NCBI GenBank assembly: GCA_046563655.1
Contig: CM102283.1
Location: forward strand, 4,960,001-5,024,000
From: Yuukianura sp. NJ FZ-2021
Lineage: Eukaryota
Direction: 5' to 3'
Length of the DNA: 64,000 bases
Numbering within the stretch: position 1 is the first letter of the stretch; each line of letters starts with the position of its first letter. Positions 1 to 15,000 of the stretch are shown here, piece by piece. The translations under genes were made by a program, and so were the position numbers. The notes beneath the pieces were generated by a model, which saw only the letters and a program-made list of their open reading frames with translations, was not told the DNA's origin and made no database searches.

Positions 1-3000
1 CAGGAATAGTTTCGCTTGTGTTTCAAGTTGAAATTAGATATGCTTTGGAACAACTATTTTATTAAAACCTGCTTGCATTTGGACAAAGAGTAAAGTGGAT
101 TTTTCTTCAAAATTTCTGAGTGCGACCTTTAGATTCTAAGGCTATGCTGACACCATCTAATTCCACTCTAACGCTATTCTACAATGGTGTTTGATGTGCC
201 AACAGGAATAGTTTCGCTTGTGTTTCAAGTTGAAATTAGATATGCTTTGGAACAACTATTTTATTAAAACCTGCTTGCATTTGGACAAAGAGTAAAGTGG
301 ATTTTTCTTCAAAATTTCTGAGTGCGACCTTTAGATTCTAAGGCTATGCTGACACCATCTAATTCCACTCTAACGCTATTCTACAATGGTGTTTGATGTG
401 CCAACAGGAATAGTTTCGCTTGTGTTTCAAGTTGAAATTAGATATGCTTTGGAACAACTATTTTATTAAAACCTGCTTGCATTTGGACAAAGAGTAAAGT
501 GGATTTTTCTTCAAAATTTCTGAGTGCGACCTTTAGATTCTAAGGCTATGCTGACACCATCTAATTCCACTCTAACGCTATTCTACAATGGTGTTTGATG
601 TGCCAACAGGAATAGTTTCGCTTGTGTTTCAAGTTGAAATTAGATATGCTTTGGAACAACTATTTTATTAAAACCTGCTTGCATTTGGACAAAGAGTAAA
701 GTGGATTTTTCTTCAAAATTTCTGAGTGCGACCTTTAGATTCTAAGGCTATGCTGACACCATCTAATTCCACTCTAACGCTATTCTACAATGGTGTTTGA
801 TGTGCCAACTTTTAGTCGAAGAACAGTTTCGCTTTTGTTTCGAGTTGAAATTAGATATGCTTTGGAACAGCTATTTTATTAAAACCCGCTTGCATTTGGA
901 CAAAGAGTAAAGGGGATTTTTCTTCAAAATTTATGAGTGCGACCTTTAGATTCTAAGGCTATGCTGACACCATCTAATTCCACTCTAACGCTATTCTACA
1001 ATGGTGTTTGATGTGCCAACAGGAATAGTTTCGCTTGTGTTTCAAGTTGAAATTAGATATGCTTTGGAACAACTATTTTATTAAAACCTGCATGCATTTG
1101 GACAAAGAGTAAAGTGGATTTTTCTTCAAAATTTCTGAGTACGACCTTTAGATTCTAAAGCTATGCTGACACCATCTAATTCCACTCTAACCCTATTTTA
1201 CAATGGTGTTTGATGTGCCAACAGGAATAGTTTCGCTTGTGTTTCAAGTTGAAATTAGATATGCTTTGGAACAACTATTTTATTAAAACCTGCTTGCATT
1301 TGGACAAAGAGTAAAGTGGATTTTTCTTCAAAATTTCTGAGTGCGACCTTTAGATTCTAAGGCTATGCTGACACCATCTAATTCCACTCTAACGCTATTC
1401 TACAATGGTGTTTGATGTGCCAACAGGAATAGTTTCGCTTGTGTTTCAAGTTGAAATTAGATATGCTTTGGAACAACTATTTTATTAAAACCTGCTTGCA
1501 TTTGGACAAAGAGTAAAGGGGATTTTTCTTCAAAATTTATGAGTGCGACCTTTAGATTCTAAGGCTATGCTGACACCATCCAATTCCACTCTAACGCTAT
1601 TCTACAATGGTGTTTGATGTGCCAACTTTTAGTCGAAGAACAGTTTCGCTTTTGTTTCGAGTTGAAATTAGATATGCTTTGGAACAGCTATTTTATTAAA
1701 ACCCGCTTGCATTTGGACAAAGAGTAAAGGGGATTTTTCTTCAAAATTTATGAGTGCGACCTTTAGATTCTAAGGCTATGCTGACACCATCTAATTCCAC
1801 TCTAACGCTATTCTACAATGGTGTTTGATGTGCCAAATTTTAGTCTAGGAATAGTTTCGCTTTTGTTTCAAGTTGAAATTAAGTATGCTTTGGAACAGCT
1901 ATTTTATTAAAACCTGCTTGCATTTGGACAAAGAGTAAAGTGGATTTTTCTTCAAAATTTATGAGTGCGACCTGAGTGTTTGATGTGCCAACAGGAATAG
2001 TTTCGCTTGTGTTTCAAGTTGAAATTAGATATGCTTTGGAACAGCTATTTTATTAAAACCCGCTTGCATTTGGACAAAGAGTAAAGTGGATTTTTCTTCA
2101 AAATTTATGAGTGCGACCTTTAGATTCTAAAGCTATGCTGACACCATCTAATTCCACTCTAACCCTATTTTACAATGGTGTTTGATGTGCCAACAGGAAT
2201 AGTTTCGCTTGTGTTTCAAGTTGAAATTAGATATGCTTTGGAACAACTATTTTATTAAAACCTGCATGCATTTGGACAAAGAGTAAAGTGGATTTTTCTT
2301 CAAAATTTCTGAGTACGACCTTTAGATTCTAAGGCTATGCTGACACCATCTAATTCCACTCTAACGCTATTCTACAATGGTGTTTGATGTGCCAACAGGA
2401 ATAGTTTCGCTTGTGTTTCAAGTTGAAATTAGATATGCTTTGGAACAGCTATTTTATTAAAACCCGCTTGCATTTGGACAAAGAGTAAAGTGGATTTTTC
2501 TTCAAAATTTCTGAGTGCGACCTTTAGATTCTAAGGCTATGCTGACACCATCTAATTCCACTCTAACGCTATTCTACAATGGTGTTTGATGTGCCAACAG
2601 GAATAGTTTCGCTTGTGTTTCAAGTTGAAATTAGATATGCTTTGGAACAACTATTTTATTAAAACCTGCTTGCATTTGGACAAAGAGTAAAGTGGATTTT
2701 TCTTCAAAATTTCTGAGTGCGACCTTTAGATTCTAAGGCTATGCTGACACCATCTAATTCCACTCTAACGCTATTCTACAATGGTGTTTGATGTGCCAAC
2801 TAGGAATAGTTTCGCTTGTGTTTCAAGTTGAAATTAGATATGCTTTGGAACAGCTATTTTATTAAAACCCGCTTGCATTTGGACAAAGAGTAAAGTGGAT
2901 TTTTCTTCAAAATTTCTGAGTGCGACCTTTAGATTCTAAGGCTATGCTGACACCATCTAATTCCACTCTAACGCTATTCTACAATGGTGTTTGATGTGCC

Positions 3001-6000
3001 AACAGGAATAGTTTCGCTTGTGTTTCAAGTTGAAATTAGGTATGCTTTGGAACAGCTATTTTATTAAAACCTGCTTGCATTTGGACAAAGAGTAAAGTGG
3101 ATTTTTCTTCAAAATTTCTGAGTGCGACCTTTAGATTCTAAAGCTATGCTGACACCATCTAATTCCACTCTAACCCTATTTTACAATGGTGTTTGATGTG
3201 CCAACAGGAATAGTTTCGCTTGTGTTTCAAGTTGAAATTAGATATGCTTTGGAACAACTATTTTATTAAAACCTGCTTGCATTTGGACAAAGAGTAAAGT
3301 GGATTTTTCTTCAAAATTTCTGAGTACGACCTTTAGATTCTAAGGCTATGCTGACACCATCTAATTCCACTCTAACGCTATTCTACAATGGTGTTTGATG
3401 TGCCAACAGGAATAGTTTCGCTTGTGTTTCAAGTTGAAATTAGATATGCTTTGGAACAACTATTTTATTAAAACCTGCTTGCATTTGGACAAAGAGTAAA
3501 GGGGATTTTTCTTCAAAATTTATGAGTGCGACCTTTAGATTCTAAGGCTATGCTGACACCATCCAATTCCACTCTAACGCTATTCTACAATGGTGTTTGA
3601 TGTGCCAACTTTTAGTCGAAGAACAGTTTCGCTTTTGTTTCGAGTTGAAATTAGATATGCTTTGGAACAGCTATTTTATTAAAACCCGCTTGCATTTGGA
3701 CAAAGAGTAAAGGGGATTTTTCTTCAAAATTTATGAGTGCGACCTTTAGATTCTAAGGCTATGCTGACACCATCTAATTCCACTCTAACGCTACTCTACA
3801 ATGGTGTTTGATGTGCCAAATTTTAGTTTAGGAATAGTTTCGCTTTTGTTTCAAGTTGAAATTAAGTATGCTTTGGAACAGCTATTTTATTAAAACCTGC
3901 TTGCATTTGGACAAAGAGTAAAGTGGATTTTTCTTCAAAATTTCTGAGTCCGACCTGAGTGTTTGATGTGCCAACAGGAATAGTTTCGCTTGTGTTTCAA
4001 GTTGAAATTAGATATGCTTTGGAACAGCTATTTTATTAAAACCCGCTTGCATTTGGACAAAGAGTAAAGTGGATTTTTCTTCAAAATTTCTGAATGCGAC
4101 CTTTAGATTCTAAGGCTATACTGACACCATCTAATTCCACTCTAACCCTATTTTACAATGGTGTTTGATGTGCCAACAGGAATAGTTTCGCTTGTGTTTC
4201 AAGTTGAAATTAGATATGCTTTGGAACAACTATTTTATTAAAACCTGCTTGCATTTGGACAAAGAGTAAAGGGGATTTTTCTTCAAAATTTCTGAGTGCG
4301 ACCTTTAGATTCTAAGGCTATGCTGACACCATACAATTCCACTCTAACGCTATTCTACAATGGTGTTTGATGTGCCAACTTTTAGTCGAAGAACAGTTTC
4401 GCTTTTGTTTCAAGTTGAAATTAGATATGCTTTGGAACAGCTATTTTATTAAAACCCGCTTGCATTTGGACAAAGAGTAAAGGGGATTTTTCTTCAAAAT
4501 TTATGAGTGCGACCTTTAGATTCTAAGGCTATGCTGACACCATCTAATTCCACTCTAACGCTATTCTACAATGGTGTTTGATGTGCCAAATTTTAGTCTA
4601 GGAATAGTTTCGCTTTTGTTTCAAGTTGAAATTAGATATGCTTTGGAACAGCTATTTTATTAAAACCTGCTTGCATTTGGACAAAGAGTAAAGTGGATTT
4701 TTACTCAAAATTTCTGATTGCGACCTTTAGATTCTAAGGCTATACTGACACCATCTAATTCCACTCTAACCCTATTTTACAATGGTGTTTGATGTGCCAA
4801 CAGGAATAGTTTCGCTTGTGTTTCAAGTTGAAATTAGATATGCTTTGGAACAGCTATTTTATTAAAACCTGCTTGCATTTGGACAAAGAGTAAAGTGGAT
4901 TTTTCTTCAAAATTTCTGAGTGCGACCTTTAGATTCTAAGGCTATGCTGACACCATCTAATTCCACTCTAACGCTATTCTACAATGGTGTTTGATGTGCC
5001 AACAGGAATAGTTTCGCTTGTGTTTCAAGTTGAAATTAGATATGCTTTGGAACAGCTATTTTATTAAAACCCGCTTGCATTTGGACAAAGAGTAAAGGGG
5101 ATTTTTCTTCAAAATTTATGAGTGCGACCTTTAGATTCTAAGGCTATGCTGACACCATCTAATTCCACTCTAACGCTATTCTACAATGGTGTTTGATGTG
5201 CCAACAGGAATAGTTTCGCTTGTGTTTCAAGTTGAAATTAGATATGCTTTGGAACAACTATTTTATTAAAACCTGCTTGCATTTGGACAAAGAGTAAAGT
5301 GGATTTTTCTTCAAAATTTCTGAGTGCGACCTTTAGATTCTAAGGCTATGCTGACACCATCTAATTCCACTCTAACGCCATTTTACAATGGTGTTTGATG
5401 TGCCAACTTTTAGTCGAGGAATAGTTTCGCTTGTGTTTCAAGTTGAAATTAGATATGCTTTGGAACAGCTATTTTATTAAAACCCGCTTGCATTTGGACA
5501 AAGAGTAAAGTGGATTTTTCTTCAAAATTTATGAGTGCGACCTTTAGATTCTAAGGCTATGCTGACACCATCTAATTCCACTCTAACGCTATTCTACAAT
5601 GGTGTTTGATGTGCCAAATTTTAGTCTAGGAATAGTTTCGCTGTTGTTTCAAGTTGAAATTAGATATGCTTTGGAACAGCTATTTTATTAAAACCTGCTT
5701 GCATTTGGACAAAGAGTAAAGTGGATTTTTCTTCAAAATTTCTGAGTGCGACCTTTAGATTCTAAGGCTATGCTGACACCATCTAATTCCACTCTAACGC
5801 TATTCTACAATGGTGTTTGATGTGCCAACAGGAATAGTTTCGCTTGTGTTTCAAGTTGAAATTAGATATGCTTTGGAACAGCTATTTTATTAAAACCTGC
5901 TTGCATTTGGACAAAGAGTAAAGTGGATTTTTCTTCAAAATTTCTGAGTGCGACCTTTAGATTCTAAGGCTATGCTGACACCATCTAATTCCACTCTAAC

Positions 6001-9000
6001 GCTATTCTACAATGGTGTTTGATGTGCCAACAGGAATAGTTTCGCTTGTGTTTCAAGTTGAAATTAGATATGCTTTGGAACAGCTATTTTATTAAAACCC
6101 GCTTGCATTTGGACAAAGAGTAAAGTGGATTTTTCTTCAAAATTTCTGAGTGCGACCTTTAGATTCTAAGGCTATGCTGACACCATCTAATTCCACTCTA
6201 ACGCTATTCTACAATGGTGTTTGATGTGCCAACAGGAATAGTTTCGCTTGTGTTTCAAGTTGAAATTAGATATGCTTTGGAACAACTATTTTATTAAAAC
6301 CTGCTTGCATTTGGACAAAGAGTAAAGTGGATTTTTCTTCAAAATTTCTGAGTGCGACCTTTAGATTCTAAGGCTATGCTGACACCATCTAATTCCACTC
6401 TAACGCTATTTTACAATGGTGTTTGATGTGCCAACAGGAATAGTTTCGCTTGTGTTTCAAGTTGAAATTAGATATGCTTTGGAACAGCTATTTTATTAAA
6501 ACCTGCTTGCATTTGGACAAAGAGTAAAGTGGATTTTTCTTCAAAATTTCTGAGTGCGACCTTTAGATTCTAAGGCTATGCTGACACCATCTAATTCCAC
6601 TCTAACGCTATTCTACAATGGTGTTTGATGTGCCAACTTTTACTCTAGGAATAGTTTCGCTTGTGTTTCAAGTTGAAATTAGATATGCTTTGGAACAGCT
6701 ATTTTATTAAAACCCGCTTGCATTTGGACAAAGAGTAAAGGGGATTTTTCTTCAAAATTTATGAGTGCGACCTTTAGATTCTAAGGCTATGCTGACACCA
6801 TCTAATTCCACTCTAACGCTATTCTACAATGGTGTTTGATGTGCCAACTTTTACTCTAGGAATAGTTTCGCTTGTGTTTCAAGTTGAAATTAGATATGCT
6901 TTGGAACAGCTATTTTATTAAAACCCGCTTGCATTTGGACAAAGAGTAAAGTGGATTTTTCTTCAAAATTTATGAGTGCGACCTTTAGATTCTAAGGCTA
7001 TGCTGACACCATCTAATTCCACTCTAACGCTATTCTACAATGGTGTTTGATGTGCCAACAGGAATAGTTTCGCTTGTGTTTCAAGTTGAAATTAGATATG
7101 CTTTGGAACAGCTATTTTATTAAAACCTGCTTGCATTTGGACAAAGAGTAAAGTGGATTTTTCTTCAAAATTTCTGAGTGCGACCTTTAGATTCTAAGGC
7201 TATACTGACACCATCTAATTCCACTCTAACGCTATTTTACAATGGTGTTTGATGTGCCAACAGGAATAGTTTCGCTTGTGTTTCAAGTTGAAATTAGATA
7301 TGCTTTGGAACAGCTATTTTATTAAAACCTGCTTGCATTTGGACAAAGAGTAAAGTGGATTTTTCTTCAAAATTTCTGAGTGCGACCTTTAGATTCTAAG
7401 GCTATGCTGACACCATCTAATTCCACTCTAACGCTATTCTACAATGGTGTTTGATGTGCCAACAGGAATAGTTTCGCTTGTGTTTCAAGTTGAAATTAGA
7501 TATGCTTTGGAACAACTATTTTATTAAAACCTGCTTGCATTTGGACAAAGAGTAAAGTGGATTTTTCTTCAAAATTTCTGAGTGCGACCTTTAGATTCTA
7601 AGGCTATGCTGACACCATCTAATTCCACTCTAACGCTATTCTACAATGGTGTTTGATGTGCCAACAGGAATAGTTTCGCTTGTGTTTCAAGTTGAAATTA
7701 GATATGCTTTGGAACAACTATTTTATTAAAACCTGCTTGCATTTGGACAAAGAGTAAAGTGGATTTTTCTTCAAAATTTATGAGTGCGACCTTTAGATTC
7801 TAAGGCTATGCTGACACCATCTAATTCCACTCTAACGCTATTCTACAATGGTGTTTGATGTGCCAACTAGGAATAGTTTCGCTTGTGTTTCAAGTTGAAA
7901 TTAGATATGCTTTGGAACAACTATTTTATTAAAACCTGCTTGCATTTGGACAAAGAGTAAAGTGGATTTTTCTTCAAAATTTCTGAGTGCGACCTTTAGA
8001 TTCTAAGGCTATGCTGACACCATCTAATTCCACTCTAACGCTATTCTACAATGGTGTTTGATGTGCCAACAGGAATAGTTTCGCTTGTGTTTCAAGTTGA
8101 AATTAGATATGCTTTGGAACAGCTATTTTATTAAAACCCGCTTGCATTTGGACAAAGAGTAAAGGGGATTTTTCTTCAAAATTTATGAGTGCGACCTTTA
8201 GATTCTAAGGCTATGCTGACACCATCTAATTCCACTCTAACGCTATTCTACAATGGTGTTTGATGTGCCAACAGGAATAGTTTCGCTTGTGTTTCAAGTT
8301 GAAATTAGATATGCTTTGGAACAGCTATTTTATTAAAACCTGCTTGCATTTGGACAAAGAGTAAAGTGGATTTTTCTTCAAAATTTCTGAGTGCGACCTT
8401 TAGATTCTAAGGCTATGCTGACACCATCTAATTCCACTCTAACGCTATTCTACAATGGTGTTTGATGTGCCAACAGGAATAGTTTCGCTTGTGTTTCAAG
8501 TTGAAATTAGATATGCTTTGGAACAGCTATTTTATTAAAACCTGCTTGCATTTGGACAAAGAGTAAAGTGGATTTTTCTTCAAAATTTCTGAGTGCGACC
8601 TTTAGATTCTAAGGCTATGCTGACACCATCTAATTCCACTCTAACGCTATTCTACAATGGTGTTTGATGTGCCAACAGGAATAGTTTCGCTTGTGTTTCA
8701 AGTTGAAATTAGATATGCTTTGGAACAACTATTTTATTAAAACCTGCTTGCATTTGGACAAAGAGTAAAGGGGATTTTTCTTCAAAATTTCTGAGTGCGA
8801 CCTTTAGATTCTAAGGCTATGCTGACACCATCCAATTCCACTCTAACGCTATTCTACAATGGTGTTTGATGTGCCAACTTTTAGTCGAAGAACAGTTTCG
8901 CTTTTGTTTCGAGTTGAAATTAGATATGCTTTGGAACAGCTATTTTATTAAAACCCGCTTGCATTTGGACAAAGAGTAAAGTGGATTTTTCTTCAAAATT

Positions 9001-12000
9001 TCTGAGTGCGACCTTTAGATTCTAAGGCTATGCTGACACCATCTAATTCCACTCTAACGCCATTTTACAATGGTGTTTGATGTGCCAACTAGGAATAGTT
9101 TCGCTTGTGTTTCAAGTTGAAATTAGATATGCTTTGGAACAGCTATTTTATTAAAACCTGCTTGCATTTGGACAAAGAGTAAAGTGGATTTTTCTTCAAA
9201 ATTTCTGAGTGCGACCTTTAGATTCTAAGGCTATGCTGACACCATCTAATTCCACTCTAACGCTATTCTACAATGGTGTTTGATGTGCCAACAGGAATAG
9301 TTTCGCTTGTGTTTCAAGTTGAAATTAGATATGCTTTGGAACAGCTATTTTATTAAAACCTGCTTGCATTTGGACAAAGAGTAAAGTGGATTTTTCTTCA
9401 AAATTTCTGAGTGCGACCTTTAGATTCTAAGGCTATGCTGACACCATCTAATTCCACTCTAACGCTATTCTACAATGGTGTTTGATGTGCCAACAGGAAT
9501 AGTTTCGCTTGTGTTTCAAGTTGAAATTAGATATGCTTTGGAACAACTATTTTATTAAAACCTGCTTGCATTTGGACAAAGAGTAAAGTGGATTTTTCTT
9601 CAAAATTTCTGAGTGCGACCTTTAGATTCTAAGGCTATGCTGACACCATCTAATTCCACTCTAACGCCATTTTACAATGGTGTTTGATGTGCCAACTTTT
9701 AGTCGAGGAATAGTTTCGCTTTTGTTTCAAGTTGAAATTAGGTATGCTTTGGAACAGCTATTTTATTAAAACCCGCTTGCATTTGGACAAAGAGTAAAGT
9801 GGATTTTTCTTCAAAATTTATGAGTGCGACCTTTAGATTCTAAGGCTATGCTGACACCATCTAATTCCACTCTAACGCTATTCTACAATGGTGTTTGATG
9901 TGCCAACAGGAATAGTTTCGCTTGTGTTTCAAGTTGAAATTAGATATGCTTTGGAACAGCTATTTTATTAAAACCCGCTTGCATTTGGACAAAGAGTAAA
10001 GTGGATTTTTCTTCAAAATTTCTGAGTGCGACCTTTAGATTCTAAGGCTATGCTGACACCATCTAATTCCACTCTAACGCTATTCTACAATGGTGTTTGA
10101 TGTGCCAACAGGAATAGTTTCGCTTGTGTTTCAAGTTGAAATTAGATATGCTTTGGAACAGCTATTTTATTAAAACCTGCTTGCATTTGGACAAAGAGTA
10201 AAGTGGATTTTTCTTCAAAATTTCTGAGTGCGACCTTTAGATTCTAAGGCTATGCTGACACCATCTAATTCCACTCTAACGCTATTCTACAATGGTGTTT
10301 GATGTGCCAACAGGAATAGTTTCGCTTGTGTTTCAAGTTGAAATTAGATATGCTTTGGAACAGCTATTTTATTAAAACCTGCTTGCATTTGGACAAAGAG
10401 TAAAGTGGATTTTTCTTCAAAATTTCTGAGTGCGACCTTTAGATTCTAAGGCTATGCTGACACCATCTAATTCCACTCTAACGCTATTCTACAATGGTGT
10501 TTGATGTGCCAACAGGAATAGTTTCGCTTGTGTTTCAAGTTGAAATTAGATATGCTTTGGAACAACTATTTTATTAAAACCTGCTTGCATTTGGACAAAG
10601 AGTAAAGTGGATTTTTCTTCAAAATTTCTGAGTGCGACCTTTAGATTCTAAGGCTATGCTGACACCATCTAATTCCACTCTAACGCTATTTTACAATGGT
10701 GTTTGATGTGCCAACTTTTAGTCGAAGAACAGTTTCGCTTGTGTTTCAAGTTGAAATTAGATATGCTTTCGAACAGCTATTTTATTAAAACCTGCTTGCA
10801 TTTGGACAAAGAGTAAAGTGGATTTTTCTTCAAAATTTCTGAGTGCGACCTTTAGATTCTAAGGCTATGCTGACACCATCTAATTCCACTCTAACGCTAT
10901 TTTACAATGGTGTTTGATGTGCCAACTTTTACTCTAGGAATAGTTTCGCTTTTGTTTCAAGTTGAAATTAGGTATGCTTTGGAACAGCTATTTTATTAAA
11001 ACCTGCTTGCATTTGGACAAAGAGTAAAGTGGATTTTTCTTCAAAATTTCTGAGTGCGACCTTTAGATTCTAAGGCTATGCTGACACCATCTAATTCCAC
11101 TCTAACGCTATTCTACAATGGTGTTTGATGTGCCAACAGGAATAGTTTCGCTTGTGTTTCAAGTTGAAATTAGATATGCTTTGGAACAACTATTTTATTA
11201 AAACCTGCTTGCATTTGGACAAAGAGTAAAGTGGATTTTTCTTCAAAATTTCTGAGTGCGACCTTTAGATTCTAAGGCTATGCTGACACCATCTAATTCC
11301 ACTCTAACGCTATTCTACAATGGTGTTTGATGTGCCAACAGGAATAGTTTCGCTTGTGTTTCAAGTTGAAATTAGATATGCTTTGGAACAGCTATTTTAT
11401 TAAAACCTGCTTGCATTTGGACAAAGAGTAAAGGGGATTTTTTTTCAAAATTTCAGAGTGCGACCTTTGGATTCTAAGGCTATGCTGACACCATCTAATT
11501 CCACTCTAACGCTATTCTACAATGGTGTTTGATGTGCCAACAGGAATAGTTTCGCTTGTGTTTCAAGTTGAAATTAGATATGCTTTGGAACAGCTATTTT
11601 ATTAAAACCTGCTTGCATTTGGACAAAGAGTAAAGTGGATTTTTCTTCAAAATTTCTGAGTGCGACCTTTAGATTCTAAGGCTATGCTGACACCATCTAA
11701 TTCCACTCTAACGCTATTCTACAATGGTGTTTGATGTGCCAACTTTTAGTCGAAGAACAGTTTCGCTTTTGTTTCAAGTTGAAATTAGATATGCTTTGGA
11801 ACAGCTATTTTATTAAAACCTGCTTGCATTTGGACAAAGAGTAAAGTGGATTTTTACTCAAAATTTCTGTGTGCGACCTTTACATTCTAAGGCTATGCTG
11901 ACACCATCTAATTCCACTCTAACGCTATTCTGCAATGGTGTTTGATGTGCCAAATTTTAGTCTAGGAATAGTTTCGCTTTTGTTTCAAGTTGAAATTAGA

Positions 12001-15000
12001 TATGCTTTGGAACAGCTATTTTATTAAAACCTGCTTGCATTTGGACAAAGAGTAAAGTGGATTTTTCTTCAAAATTTCTGAGTGCGACCTTTAGATTCTA
12101 AGGCTATGCTGACACCATCTAATTCCACTCTAACGCTATTCTACAATGGTGTTTGATGTGCCAACAGGAATAGTTTCGCTTGTGTTTCAAGTTGAAATTA
12201 GATATGCTTTGGAACAGCTATTTTATTAAAACCCGCTTGCATTTGGACAAAGAGTAAAGGGGATTTTTCTTCAAAATTTATGAGTGCGACCTTTAGATTC
12301 TAAGGCTATGCTGACACCATCTAATTCCACTCTAACGCTATTCTACAATGGTGTTTGATGTGCCAACTTTTAGTCGAAGAACAGTTTCGCTTTTGTTTCA
12401 AGTTGAAATTAGGTATGCTTTGGAACAGCTATTTTATTAAAACCTGCTTGCATTTGGACAAAGAGTAAAGTGGATTTTTCTTCAAAATTTATGAGTGCGA
12501 CCTTTAGATTCTAAGGCTATGCTGACACCATCTAATTCCACTCTAACGCTATTCTACAATGGTGTTTGATGTGCCAACAGGAATAGTTTCGCTTGTGTTT
12601 CAAGTTGAAATTAGATATGCTTTGGAACAACTATTTTATTAAAACCCGCTTGCATTTGGACAAAGAGTAAAGTGGATTTTTCTTCAAAATTTATGAGTGC
12701 GACCTTTAGATTCTAAGGCTATGCTGACACCATCTAATTCCACTCTAACGCTATTCTACAATGGTGTTTGATGTGCCAACAGGAATAGTTTCGCTTGTGT
12801 TTCAAGTTGAAATTAGATATGCTTTGGAACAACTATTTTATTAAAACCTGCTTGCATTTGGACAAAGAGTAAAGGGGATTTTTCTTCAAAATTTATGAGT
12901 GCGACCTTTAGATTCTAAGGCTATGCTGACACCATCTAATTCCACTCTAACGCTATTCTACAATGGTGTTTGATGTGCCAACTTTTAGTCGAAGAACAGT
13001 TTCGCTTTTGTTTCGAGTTGAAATTAGATATGCTTTCGAACAGCTATTTTATTAAAACCTGCTTGCATTTGGACAAAGAGTAAAGTGGATTTTTACTCAA
13101 AATTTCTGAGTGCGACCTTTAGATTCTAAGGCTATGCTGACACCATCTAATTCCACTCTAACGCTATTCTACAATGGTGTTTGATGTGCCAAATTTTAGT
13201 CTAGGAATAGTTTCGCTTTTGTTTCAAGTTGAAATTAGATATGCTTTGGAACAGCTATTTTATTAAAACCTGCTTGCATTTGGACAAAGAGTAAAGTGGA
13301 TTTTTCTTCAAAATTTCTGAGTGCGACCTTTAGATTCTAAGGCTATGCTGACACCATCTAATTCCACTCTAACGCTATTCTACAATGGTGTTTGATGTGC
13401 CAACAGGAATAGTTTCGCTTGTGTTTCAAGTTGAAATTAGATATGCTTTGGAACAGCTATTTTATTAAAACCCGCTTGCATTTGGACAAAGAGTAAAGGG
13501 GATTTTTCTTCAAAATTTATGAGTGCGACCTTTAGATTCTAAGGCTATGCTGACACCATCTAATTCCACTCTAACGCTATTCTACAATGGTGTTTGATGT
13601 GCCAACAGGAATAGTTTCGCTTGTGTTTCAAGTTGAAATTAGATATGCTTTGGAACAGCTATTTTATTAAAACCTGCTTGCATTTGGACAAAGAGTAAAG
13701 GGGATTTTTCTTCAAAATTTATGAGTGCGACCTTTAGATTCTAAGGCTATGCTGACACCATCTAATTCCACTCTAACGCTATTCTAAAATGGTGTTTGAT
13801 GTGCCAACTTTTAGTCGAAGAACAGTTTCGCTTTTGTTTCAAGTTGAAATTAGATATGCTTTCGAACAGCTATTTTATTAAAACCTGCTTGCATTTGGAC
13901 AAAGAGTAAAGTGGATTTTTCTTCAAAATTTATGAGTGCGACCTTTAGATTCTAAGGCTATGCTGACACCATCTAATTCCACTCTAACGCTATTCTACAA
14001 TGGTGTTTGATGTGCCAACAGGAATAGTTTCGCTTGTGTTTCAAGTTGAAATTAGATATGCTTTGGAACAGCTATTTTATTAAAACCTGCTTGCATTTGG
14101 ACAAAGAGTAAAGTGGATTTTTCTTCAAAATTTCTGAGTGCGACCTTTAGATTCTAAGGCTATGCTGACACCATCTAATTCCACTCTAACGCTATTCTAC
14201 AATGGTGTTTGATGTGCCAACAGGAATAGTTTCGCTTGTGTTTCAAGTTGAAATTAGATATGCTTTTGAACAGCTATTTTATTAAAACCTGCTTGCATTT
14301 GGACAAAGAGTAAAGGGGATTTTTCTTCAAAATTTATGAGTGCGACCTTTAGATTCTAAGGCTATGCTGACACCATCTAATTCCACTCTAACGCTATTCT
14401 ACAATGGTGTTTGATGTGCCAACAGGAATAGTTTCGCTTGTGTTTCAAGTTGAAATTAGATATGCTTTGGAACAGCTATTTTATTAAAACCCGCTTGCAT
14501 TTGGACAAAGAGTAAAGTGGATTTTTCTTCAAAATTTCTGAGTGCGACCTTTAGATTCTAAGGCTATGCTGACACCATCTAATTCCACTCTAACGCTATT
14601 CTACAATGGTGTTTGATGTGCCAACAGGAATAGTTTCGCTTGTGTTTCAAGTTGAAATTAGATATGCTTTGGAACAGCTATTTTATTAAAACCTGCTTGC
14701 ATTTGGACAAAGAGTAAAGGGGATTTTTCTTCAAAATTTATGAGTGCGACCTTTAGATTCTAAGGCTATGCTGACACCATCTAATTCCACTCTAACGCTA
14801 TTCTACAATGGTGTTTGATGTGCCAACTTTTAGTCGAGGAATAGTTTCGCTTTTGTTTCAAGTTGAAATTAGGTATGCTTTGGAACAGCTATTTTATTAA
14901 AACCCGCTTGCATTTGGACAAAGAGTAAAGTGGATTTTTCTTCAAAATTTCTGAGTGCGACCTTTAGATTCTAAGGCTATGCTGACACCATCTAATTCCA

